From IMG/VR virus record IMGVR_UViG_3300025156_000001, positions 4,757 to 68,756 of that record: a DNA stretch of 64,000 nucleotides; one strand, written 5' to 3'. This DNA is from a virus. The translations under genes were made by a program, and so were the position numbers. Below the pieces are notes generated by a model. The model saw only the letters and a list, made by a program, of their open reading frames with translations, had not been told where the DNA came from and did not search any database. Position 1 is the stretch's first letter; each line of letters begins with the position of its first letter. Positions 10,195 through 17,879 of the stretch are shown here, piece by piece.

Positions 10195-10615
10195 GAATAC
10201 CAGTGTTTTCCTCTTCTACCGGTAAATTATATAATTGAAGATAGTCTTTCATAACCCTTTTTGAATACGAGCGCCTGCATAGTATGGCGTCTCCACCATC
10301 AAATACGTAGTAAAATATATATGGTATACTCTTCTTCCTGTTCAAATAGTATGTGAAAACATCCGGTGTTACATGGTCGTGCCCATTACTAGATAGCGCA
10401 ATGCATAATGGCCTACCGGTTTCACTGCTATTTTGTGGTACACCATTGAGGTACACCCTATATACATCATGCCCACAGATATTTTCTAATACACCTATTA
10501 ATTCCTCCCCATCTATGCGGACAATTTCTGGCAACTCAAATTTAACGATACTATAACCCCCATTGTTATTCGATGTGCTCATATATACCTGATACCATTT
10601 CTTCATATGGCACAT
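10157..10615 (-). CDS. PxxExxTGIxEH-family paralog (copy 2)
   Basis: LPEIV, NGHD, IPYIFY, LPVEEENTGIHEHM; true start is downstream of the ORF-track start. Confidence 0.85.
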   Translation of the reverse strand: MCHMKKWYQVYMSTSNNNGGYSIVKFELPEIVRIDGEELIGVLENICGHDVYRVYLNGVPQNSSETGRPLCIALSSNGHDHVTPDVFTYYLNRKKSIPYIFYYVFDGGDAILCRRSYSKRVMKDYLQLYNLPVEEENTGIHEHMEWYRERHT

Positions 10616-10910
10616 TTTGTGGTATATATTTTTTGATATTGTGCATTAAATACGTACTGTTGCAAACTAACGCATCCCCTTTATCATAGACATAAAAGAA
10701 TATCCTAGGTGGGTCTTGTTCTATGGAACGGTATGCTATAAACCCCCCATACCCACAATTATCGTGCCCGTTAAACTTTAGGCACAACGGCATTGGGTAT
10801 GATGCGAGTTCGCCGTCTACATATACCACATAAACGTATACCCCATATAGTTTTTCGAGCCTGGCTATTATCCTATTCTTAACCAACTCCAAACACAATG
10901 GCAATTCCAT
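10566..10910 (-). CDS. PxxExxTGIxEH-family paralog (copy 1)
   Basis: LPLCL, NGHD, PPRIFF, VPYEEMVSGIYEHIE-stop; GGAGG SD. Confidence 0.85.
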   Translation of the reverse strand: MELPLCLELVKNRIIARLEKLYGVYVYVVYVDGELASYPMPLCLKFNGHDNCGYGGFIAYRSIEQDPPRIFFYVYDKGDALVCNSTYLMHNIKKYIPQNVPYEEMVSGIYEHIE

Positions 10911-10963
10911 ATCATACCTCCATATCCTACTATCAATATTTGTGTTCCACTTGCCATTTCAAT

Positions 10964-11053
10964 TCATATGAATATATCCCTGTATTGTTCTCGTATTCCT
11001 TTTATATAGTTATATTCTCTATGGCCGTATAGCCTATGGTAGTCTGGATGCAT
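10964..11053 (-). CDS. 29 aa microprotein (not in ORF track)
   Basis: MHPDYHRLYGHREYNYIKGIREQYRDIFI, preceded by AGGTGA SD. Confidence 0.5.
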   Translation of the reverse strand: MHPDYHRLYGHREYNYIKGIREQYRDIFI

Positions 11054-11061
11054 ATTATCAC

Positions 11062-11175
11062 CTATTCTTCTTTCTTTTCATATAGTAGACATTGATGAGA
11101 GTGTGGGGATACAACATAAGTACTCGATAGCATACATGTATGACTACCGTAGTGCTTACAATCTATACATGGCAT
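11062..11175 (-). CDS. 37 aa Cys-rich microprotein (not in ORF track)
   Basis: MPCIDCKHYGSHTCMLSSTYVVSPHSHQCLLYEKKEE; GAAGTGA SD-like site. Confidence 0.6.
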   Translation of the reverse strand: MPCIDCKHYGSHTCMLSSTYVVSPHSHQCLLYEKKEE

Positions 11176-11188
11176 ATTATCACTTCAT

Positions 11189-11920
11189 TTAGTATTTATA
11201 TACATCGTCGATTACATCCTTCGCTATATTATGCGCCATTCTACATATTTTAAATAGATTTTTAAATGTCTTTGCGTTCATAGGCAGAGACCTATACTCA
11301 AAGCCGTGGTCCTTAAGCCTCCAGAACCCCTTCTGCCTATAAGAGTTTAGTGGCTCATCTTGTAGGAACGACTTTATATATGGGTGTTTCTCAAACCTCC
11401 TAACAAATTCTTCTATATCTCTTTTTGCCCATGAAAAGACAAAGTTTACCTCGGTGTTACCATCGATAAGCGTGGTCTTGTTTGCGGAGATGTGTATATG
11501 TAGCCCACCCCCCCTATATATATGCCCATCTATATCCCTATGACGCATCTTATTGCCATATATATTACCACCAACTATCTCCTCTTTATAATTGGAATAG
11601 GAGGTAGCGCACCGTAGTACATTTTCCCAATATTCCTCTGTGGTAAAGGGGTATTCCTTTGTGGACATATGATACCCCTTATAGTCCCCTCCCAAATGCC
11701 TAAACCTATCCACCACATCATTATACTTCTCTACAAACGAACCGAAAGCAACACCAGGAGTACCGTAATCACTTCTTATCTCCGCTAGGAGGTCGAAGTT
11801 ATCCCTCGGTATACTATATGGTGCCGGACACGGTTTGCCTTTTTTATCCAGTATGAGGAACTCACCCTCAATACCTATATCTATCCTATTCGGCTTCATG
11901 CCAAGTACACTTGTAGACAT
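11189..11920 (-). CDS. third, divergent COOH-NH2 ligase (phiEco32 type 2-like)
   Basis: IGIEGEF, D...EIRS, GGGLHIH and YRQKGFWRLKDHGFEYRSL; start placed at ATG 11920 after GAAGGTG to remove the overlap with the upstream gene. Confidence 0.8.
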   Translation of the reverse strand: MSTSVLGMKPNRIDIGIEGEFLILDKKGKPCPAPYSIPRDNFDLLAEIRSDYGTPGVAFGSFVEKYNDVVDRFRHLGGDYKGYHMSTKEYPFTTEEYWENVLRCATSYSNYKEEIVGGNIYGNKMRHRDIDGHIYRGGGLHIHISANKTTLIDGNTEVNFVFSWAKRDIEEFVRRFEKHPYIKSFLQDEPLNSYRQKGFWRLKDHGFEYRSLPMNAKTFKNLFKICRMAHNIAKDVIDDVYKY

Positions 11921-11936
11921 ATTATACACCTTCTGT

Positions 11937-12455
11937 TTATTCCGTAGGAATAATATCTTTGTAATTGTAATCGTAACGGTATCTATTTCTATATCGTTGG
12001 CTCTCATCCCACTCAACGGTATACCAATGTGTACCCCCGTCCCAATTATACCCATTGTGTTCCGTTTTGGGGACCTCCACCACCGTACCTAATTGCTTCA
12101 CTCCATTCTTATCGCGGTCTTGGTCCCACCATTCCCATGAGGGTCCCCTCTTTACCCTATCTCCAACCTTTAGAGTTGGTATATTCCTATTAAGAACAAC
12201 CCCAATCAGGGGTTCTATAAGGTAACGTCTGTAAGAGATACCCTCCTTATTAATCGCATCATTTTCCACCTTAATATACCATTCTACAAATTCTACCCCC
12301 TTCTTTGTTGGTGGTACATTATCATCTATCCACCTTCTTTGTACATTGGAGCACGGATTATACCTCTTGAGAAACGAAGCGAATTTTTTGTAGTATGTAC
12401 CATTATACTTCTCCAATTCTTTAACCTTATATCTATTTAACTTGTGCATATACAT
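11937..12455 (-). CDS. protein with C-terminal MIB/HERC2-like domain
   Basis: VGDRVKRGPSWEWWDQD...GTVVEV...VEWD...NRYRY...D matches the MIB/HERC2 consensus GxRVxRGPDWxWxxQD...GTV...VxWD...NxYR...D. Confidence 0.75.
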   Translation of the reverse strand: MYMHKLNRYKVKELEKYNGTYYKKFASFLKRYNPCSNVQRRWIDDNVPPTKKGVEFVEWYIKVENDAINKEGISYRRYLIEPLIGVVLNRNIPTLKVGDRVKRGPSWEWWDQDRDKNGVKQLGTVVEVPKTEHNGYNWDGGTHWYTVEWDESQRYRNRYRYDYNYKDIIPTE

Positions 12456-12469
12456 CTATATGCCCCCAA

Positions 12470-12739
12470 CTACTTACCCTCTTCTCTAGCCTTTCTCTTC
12501 ATGCCCTGGTAATAACAGTATATCTCAAACTCATCCAGGAAACCCCTAACAGGCTTTATGTTTAGATACCCGAGTTTCCTCAAGTAGTTTGTACCGAGCC
12601 CCGCCCTGTCGGGGTGTGGCCCTTTAACTTTATCCTTATTGGCAATATGCCTCTCATTGGCAGTTGCAACACCCTTCAACCGCCTCAATCTAACCCTATC
12701 CTTTACCTTTTTCTTATTACTGTATACCATCTTAATCAC
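12470..12739 (-). CDS. basic hypothetical protein
   Basis: 89 aa ORF in operon context; likely start at MVYSNK. Confidence 0.6.
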   Translation of the reverse strand: MIKMVYSNKKKVKDRVRLRRLKGVATANERHIANKDKVKGPHPDRAGLGTNYLRKLGYLNIKPVRGFLDEFEIYCYYQGMKRKAREEGK

Positions 12740-12887
12740 CCTTCTTTTCCCAATCGTTGATTATCTCTGATATGGCTTCTGCCATATAGTAACAAAAGTT
12801 TCGTAAACTTACAGGTTCGGATGATTTGAAGCGATAATCTATATGCTCCTCATCCTCTCCAACTTCTACTTCTAGTTCTATTTTCAT
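12732..12887 (-). CDS. 51 aa acidic hypothetical protein (not in ORF track)
   Basis: MKIELEVEVGEDEEHIDYRF... fills the gap between flanking genes exactly. Confidence 0.6.
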   Translation of the reverse strand: MKIELEVEVGEDEEHIDYRFKSSEPVSLRNFCYYMAEAISEIINDWEKKGD

Positions 12888-12888
12888 T

Positions 12889-13419
12889 TTACCATTCCCC
12901 ATCTATTTGTTTTTGCCCAAATAACAATGGGAATACCACTTCCGCAGATACAGGTGAGTAATCCCATACATCTACACCAACATTAACTACATTCTCTATG
13001 TTCCTAAACAGGTGGTGGACATGCCCACATATAAATAACTTTTTCTTTAACACGCCCGCCACTGCGGGGTCGTGTATAAGGGTTATATCATACCCGTTTA
13101 CCTCTAGTTTTAAAGATGTATGAACGGACTCGAAGCCCATATCTACATAATCGAATGGTTTTAAGTTATCGTGATTGCCAAGTATAAGCACCTTCCTACC
13201 CTTTAGGGAACGTATTTTCTTCTCCAGCATATCTTTACTAACCTCATACCACGAGGCTATATCGCCGAGGAAATATACGGTATCGCCCCCTTTCACTATA
13301 CTATTATAATTTCTAGTTATAATAGCATTCATCTCTTTTACCGACCTAAATGGCCGACTTTCATACTTTAATATATTGGTATGCCAAAAGTGTTGGTCTG
13401 ACGTGAAGTATATAGCCAT
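12889..13419 (-). CDS. calcineurin-like metallophosphoesterase
   Basis: TSDQHF.H, LGD, GNHD and GHVH motifs; NVGVD. Confidence 0.92.
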   Translation of the reverse strand: MAIYFTSDQHFWHTNILKYESRPFRSVKEMNAIITRNYNSIVKGGDTVYFLGDIASWYEVSKDMLEKKIRSLKGRKVLILGNHDNLKPFDYVDMGFESVHTSLKLEVNGYDITLIHDPAVAGVLKKKLFICGHVHHLFRNIENVVNVGVDVWDYSPVSAEVVFPLLFGQKQIDGEW

Positions 13420-13421
13420 AA

Positions 13422-13556
13422 TTAACCCTCATATACCTTTACAAGCCTGGCATTTAGATATGCAGGGGCTTCTTTGAGTACCTCTGCAACCTCCTCCTCG
13501 TGTCTTTTACGTAAAGCGTCTATCTTTACGAACCACCTCAACTCATCTTTATCCAT
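13422..13556 (-). CDS. 44 aa hypothetical protein (not in ORF track)
   Basis: MDKDELRWFVKIDALRKRHEEEVAEV...; GAGGTG SD; coupled to neighbours. Confidence 0.55.
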   Translation of the reverse strand: MDKDELRWFVKIDALRKRHEEEVAEVLKEAPAYLNARLVKVYEG

Positions 13557-13759
13557 CATTTATACACCTCATCTACTTTTTGCCATACCTCTACATGTAG
13601 ACGCCCACAATCTGGGCATATGTGTGTCTTTATGGACCACGTATCGTCAATAGCATCCAATTTGTGAAGTACCTTCACGGCACCCTTAACGGATAAAAGC
13701 CCCTCATCAAGAAGGGCCTTTACCCTATTTATTTCTTTAATCATATCCATTGTAATCAC
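13556..13759 (-). CDS. hypothetical protein with CPDCG motif
   Basis: 67 aa ORF overlapping neighbours' start/stop codons. Confidence 0.6.
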   Translation of the reverse strand: MITMDMIKEINRVKALLDEGLLSVKGAVKVLHKLDAIDDTWSIKTHICPDCGRLHVEVWQKVDEVYK

Positions 13760-14136
13760 TTCACTATTTCCAATACCTTTAGGGCATTACCTTCATAAAC
13801 AGAATATCTACGTGAGGATGGATAAAATATCCATGTACCTTTTGCCCCTATTTTTGTAAGTCTAACCTTTATTATATATGGTTTAACACCCATTATAGTC
13901 CAAAAGGATTTGGCTACTATCCATTTTCGGAGGGCTTTGGCATCTGCCAAATTCTCAAATACCGAAAAACCAGGTGTGTGTTTCGTCCTATGTGTTTTCC
14001 CTATAACATATCTAAAGATTCTATATATATCGTGCTTGAACCAACTACGTAGCTCATTATCGACCACCTTATACCCTATTACACTCCGAGGTAATTTGCT
14101 CCCAGTTATTATAGGGTAGTCTGGAGATAAACACAC
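13756..14136 (-). CDS. hypothetical viral protein
   Basis: 126 aa ORF, GTG start after GGTGAG; GYKVV...PGFSVF..LADA pattern reminiscent of common phage hypotheticals. Confidence 0.65.
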   Translation of the reverse strand: MCLSPDYPIITGSKLPRSVIGYKVVDNELRSWFKHDIYRIFRYVIGKTHRTKHTPGFSVFENLADAKALRKWIVAKSFWTIMGVKPYIIKVRLTKIGAKGTWIFYPSSRRYSVYEGNALKVLEIVK

Positions 14137-14140
14137 GTTC

Positions 14141-14545
14141 TCACCGCGCCCATCTCTCTACCGTATCTTTTATGGTACTCCACCCTCTAAAGAGTGGCCC
14201 CTCATTCTTATGGCTTACCCTTATGTAACCCATCTTGTTTTCCAACTTGAGTTTACATAAGGAAATCCCTATGAGGGGGTCCCATACATCTTCCCTCGAG
14301 CATCTTATACGCGCCGTTACCCTGTCTCGCCCAAGATACATTATCCCAGATACCCTACGCCGTTCCTTGTCGACATAGAATTTAAATTTTGCCTCCCCCA
14401 TAACCATATCTATTATAGGGGGTATTGTGTGTATTGGTCGCATGTCTATCACCAAAATCGAATTCCATCCTAATAATAAATAGTATTTCAGCCTTTTCGT
14501 TTGTTCTCCAATGTTGTTTATGATAGTTAGAGGCTTTTTTCTCAT
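14141..14545 (-). CDS. hypothetical protein
   Basis: ORF overlaps the upstream gene, so the true start is probably near 14400; ARIRCSREDVWDPLIG..L segment. Confidence 0.55.
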   Translation of the reverse strand: MRKKPLTIINNIGEQTKRLKYYLLLGWNSILVIDMRPIHTIPPIIDMVMGEAKFKFYVDKERRRVSGIMYLGRDRVTARIRCSREDVWDPLIGISLCKLKLENKMGYIRVSHKNEGPLFRGWSTIKDTVERWAR

Positions 14546-14729
14546 CTACATCGCATATCAATATAGATGCTTTTACCCCTCGTCTTATCCTTACCCTCCT
14601 TGCGTAATTGATAGCAAAGGAAAAATCGGTAGTAAAATACGATACCTTTTTACCTATCCCAACATACCCATTCATCTTTTCTACTTTATCTATTGTTGTT
14701 GCGTGATACATGTGGGTCATATATCTCAT
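14382..14729 (-). CDS. putative ADP-ribosyltransferase-fold (H-Y clade / Tpt1-like) protein
   Basis: MYHATT ... YFTTD ... A..YA ... ILICDV ... HW pattern. Confidence 0.55.
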   Translation of the reverse strand: MRYMTHMYHATTIDKVEKMNGYVGIGKKVSYFTTDFSFAINYARRVRIRRGVKASILICDVDEKKASNYHKQHWRTNEKAEILFIIRMEFDFGDRHATNTHNTPYNRYGYGGGKI

Positions 14730-15135
14730 CCTTTCCGATTACGGTTATGAACATAGGCCTATTGGCCTTTTCGCCGTAGTTTTTTAGGGCCTTCCTCCAC
14801 CCCACCTTTTCAAATACCCTCTTTATATATGACTCCTCCTTTAAGGGAACCCTTTCGAGGACAAGCCCATATTTACTTACCTTTACCCTATATATACCAG
14901 GGAGGACAGGCTTCCCATGAAAATTCCCCCCAAATGGGAGATTTAGGGTATCCCCTTCGGATATGCTATACATACCCTGCCTCTTCTTTCCCTTTATCAA
15001 CTCCTTTTTAGGCGTAGGTTTATACGCCCAAAGGGTATCACCCTCGCCCACTACCTTTATGTCGGCAATGGTGCCGAGGGGTATCTGTATGTCTGGCAGT
15101 TTTTCTGTGTGGCCTATTGGCCCAAATGTGGTCAT
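14686..15135 (-). CDS. hypothetical protein
   Basis: 149 aa ORF with AAGGAG SD. Confidence 0.7.
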   Translation of the reverse strand: MTTFGPIGHTEKLPDIQIPLGTIADIKVVGEGDTLWAYKPTPKKELIKGKKRQGMYSISEGDTLNLPFGGNFHGKPVLPGIYRVKVSKYGLVLERVPLKEESYIKRVFEKVGWRKALKNYGEKANRPMFITVIGKDEIYDPHVSRNNNR

Positions 15136-15204
15136 GTTTTCAACTCCTTTCGGTTATTGATGAACGTAAATACCCAGGGGCGAAAGCCACCTGTTTATAG
15201 GGTT

Positions 15205-15360
15205 TTAATATCCCATTTCCAATTTGACTTGATGCTCCGCAAAGAAGCATACAATATTAGGGTCTTTTTCAACGGGTGTATACGGTATTATACCGTAATG
15301 TGGGCATATTGCCCCACAGTATAGACATTTGCCTACCTCACTGTCGATAGGCCTTAACAT
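15205..15360 (-). CDS. 51 aa Cys-containing microprotein (not in ORF track)
   Basis: MLRPIDSEVGKCLYCGAICPHY...VCFFAEH. Confidence 0.4.
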   Translation of the reverse strand: MLRPIDSEVGKCLYCGAICPHYGIIPYTPVEKDPNIVCFFAEHQVKLEMGY

Positions 15361-15474
15361 ACTACATCGCATTTTACCACACAAGTTTTATTATGGTAAT
15401 ATCCGCATGGATACCACCAGACGTGGGTATAGGGTATTCCCCTTTCCCTATTTGTTCGAGGGCATCCACCCATT

Positions 15475-15582
15475 TCATGGGCGGTTTGCCTCCTCGATGT
15501 ATCTCGCGTGTTTTACACAGAGGGTATACCCTCTGTATACCACAGATGCCTCATTCTCACATCCTGCTATTGCGCATTTCAT
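15475..15582 (-). CDS. 35 aa zinc-finger microprotein (not in ORF track)
   Basis: MKCAIAGCENEASVVYRGYTLCVKHARYIEEANRP (C-x4-C...C-x2-H); GAGGG SD. Confidence 0.6.
   Translation of the reverse strand: MKCAIAGCENEASVVYRGYTLCVKHARYIEEANRP
15517..15536. repeat. perfect 20-bp palindrome ACAGAGGGTATACCCTCTGT
   Basis: Read directly from the sequence. Confidence 0.9.
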
Positions 15583-15597
15583 GTTTTTCCCTCATGT

Positions 15598-15762
15598 TTA
15601 TGCGTCATGTCTGCAAAAAAAGTATTTTCCACAGGAGGGACATTCACCCCTCTCCCATGTCATAAAACGCCCCGTGTTAGGTGCAACCTCATGGGGGTTT
15701 TCAGACTGGTCTACGTTGTTGGGACCGTATTCGGCCCCACAAAATGGGCAATGACTTATCAT
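15598..15762 (-). CDS. 54 aa zinc-ribbon microprotein (not in ORF track)
   Basis: MISHCPFCG...ECPSCGKYFFCRHDA; AGGTGA SD. Confidence 0.7.
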   Translation of the reverse strand: MISHCPFCGAEYGPNNVDQSENPHEVAPNTGRFMTWERGECPSCGKYFFCRHDA

Positions 15763-15814
15763 CTTTTATCACCTACCCCCTAACGATTACACGTTTAGGG
15801 GCCAATTAATGCCC

Positions 15815-15835
15815 CCGCCCACAATAAAGGGGCGG
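15815..15835 (-). terminator. GC-rich hairpin downstream of the 15853..16137 gene
   Basis: CCGCCC / GGGCGG stem; no clear T-tract. Confidence 0.35.
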
Positions 15836-15852
15836 AGGTAGGTGTCCACCTA

Positions 15853-16137
15853 TCATCCGAGCTTCTCTATGAGGGCTCGGAGGAGTTTCTTTGTGTCTGC
15901 ATCCATATTGGATACCCCTTTCGGGGTAGAGGTTGCCAGGCTCTTGACATAATCAGAGTGGGATACATGTTCCCTCACGATTATGTCCACCCTCATACCC
16001 AGATGGTCATCCGTCTGGAGTGTCTTGAGGGTTTTCGCAATACCGTGCCCAACTTTACCATCCATCTTCTGATGGGTGGTGATGAGCCTTCCGAGGGCCG
16101 AAGCCCCAAGATATACGTTCTCTATGGTTTTTGTCAT
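15853..16137 (-). CDS. hypothetical protein, first gene of the leftward transcription block
   Basis: 94 aa ORF with AAGGTGG SD. Confidence 0.75.
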   Translation of the reverse strand: MTKTIENVYLGASALGRLITTHQKMDGKVGHGIAKTLKTLQTDDHLGMRVDIIVREHVSHSDYVKSLATSTPKGVSNMDADTKKLLRALIEKLG

Positions 16138-16439
16138 AATACCACCTTACCCCTTTCGGGGCCATACCTAACCCCTATACGGCGAAGTACGAGGTAAGTT
16201 AGTTAGAAAAAATAAACCGTGGCACCTTATCTCAAAGATACCCCCAGGGAGGTAGATTTGCTCTACGGAGGTATACGGGTATCAGGTATGTTTACCCGTT
16301 GCCTATTGCTCTGTCACTAGACTTCACTCGGTCTCATAGGATATTAGAATACGTTACCCGTTCTATACGGTCTCGTCTCGAGGGTGTGTTGCCCCTACCC
16401 AATATTAATGCGCTCCTTAACACAAATGGGTAATGTATA

Positions 16440-17110
16440 TACCACCGCAATACCCTACCTACCCATATATATATACGGTACCTAAACGGGGTGTTTTAAT
16501 ACCCCTTTTAACGTAATGAGAGGTTGCTTCTAGAGTCCAACATGAGAACGTTACATATAGGGCCTATATACATATATAAATACGCACTATATTACGGATT
16601 ATGTATATACATATCCAATATTGGATACATATATCCTACCGGATTTTCACAGCCAAACTATATATACTTCTAGAGTCTATATATAGATTTACAGACATTA
16701 TCTATACCCACCCTACGTATATGGGAATTCACCCCTACTTCGATATAATATTATATATTATATATATATTATATCAGGATGTAGTTGTGTTGTCATGGGA
16801 GACGAACACTATTTGACCCAAACGCATAGATACGATTTAAAACTTTCGGTTGTGCCGCCTAGACATCACTAGACTCTAGAATCATTTTTTAGAGTAATAT
16901 ATCACGTGATAACTCTCGATATAGTTGTACAAAGTTATCTAGAGGGGGTGCCACCTACGTGATCCTATTCGCATATAAGGATACCCCCTACATACGGTAT
17001 ATAAAGGTTATCGTATATCGATATGGGTATAATATAACCGTATAGATTGAATAAAATTCTACAATACTACGGTATATATACCTTATACGTATTACGTTGA
17101 AATATGGGAA
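16440..17110. repeat. AT-rich non-coding region with multiple palindromes and a recurring TTCTAGAGTC motif
   Basis: TTCTAGAGTC at 16528 and 16668, inverted at 16872; palindromes ATGTATATACAT, TATCCAATATTGGATA and GATATAATAT...ATATTATATC. Confidence 0.65.
16997..17013 (-). promoter_or_regulatory. candidate BRE/TATA promoter (CGATAACCTTTATATAC on minus strand)
   Basis: Resembles the other viral promoter motifs; faces the leftward block. Confidence 0.4.
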
Positions 17111-17261
17111 ACATAAAGGGTAAGGGTGCCGTACTGGGTCTTACAACATTAGACCCTAATAACCCAATGAACCCAATGACAGATAAATACGCAAAAAATC
17201 TACTGTAATATTGCCCAGATATTACAATTGTAGTACCAAATACTAAATGCGAGGTTAAACC

Positions 17262-17867
17262 ATGAAAAACGTAAATACGGCAATAAAGGAATTGAAGGAA
17301 ATAGGTATAGAAAATGTCAAAACGGATATGGAGAAATTGGATAAGAAGTCTTATCTGAATTTCTTAAGACATATCTCCGCGCTATGTGGTATTTCTCAAG
17401 AAAAAAGCTGGTGCCCTAGACAACATATTGAGAATATCAAAACGGTATTACTCAATACAAATAATGCAAACAACACACACACACAACACACAAATACCAA
17501 TGAATACCCAAAAGATACTAGCCTATTTGCCCAAATAAAAGAAACAACGTTTGACATATCCGATAATGGAGTTTCAATCGAAGGGATTATACCCCTAGCT
17601 CCAACGACATTGACTAATATCTCGTATTATATGGGTAAAATCAACGATAAATGGAAATCCATTAAAGGAAATCCATGTCTTGTAAGGGTAAAAGTTACCC
17701 CTATAAGACCCCTACAGAAAACACCGGATAACTCATATTCCGAAGTATGGGAACGGTATGTATCTGATAACCTAGAAAAAGCCAACGACAACCCACCATT
17801 GGACATAGACAACCTAACCAATACCCAAATAAAACAGTTAGTAAAAAAACTACTGAATTTGGGTTAA
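17262..17867 (+). CDS. hypothetical protein (A-rich coding)
   Basis: 201 aa ORF with GAGGT SD. Confidence 0.75.
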   Translation: MKNVNTAIKELKEIGIENVKTDMEKLDKKSYLNFLRHISALCGISQEKSWCPRQHIENIKTVLLNTNNANNTHTQHTNTNEYPKDTSLFAQIKETTFDISDNGVSIEGIIPLAPTTLTNISYYMGKINDKWKSIKGNPCLVRVKVTPIRPLQKTPDNSYSEVWERYVSDNLEKANDNPPLDIDNLTNTQIKQLVKKLLNLG

Positions 17868-17879
17868 AATGGTGTTAAA

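Noticed and set aside
5698-10910. The recurring GGTATATATGAGCATAT-like DNA at the ends of the array genes as integron-like att sites or CRISPR-like repeats
   Set aside because: Variation is concentrated at synonymous positions, there is no dyad symmetry, spacing follows gene length, and no integrase or cas operon is present; conservation is at the protein level.
11921-12055. N-terminal 45 aa of the ORF-track version of the third ligase
   Set aside because: Overlaps the MIB/HERC2 gene; an ATG at 11920 has a good SD, so the extension is an artefact.
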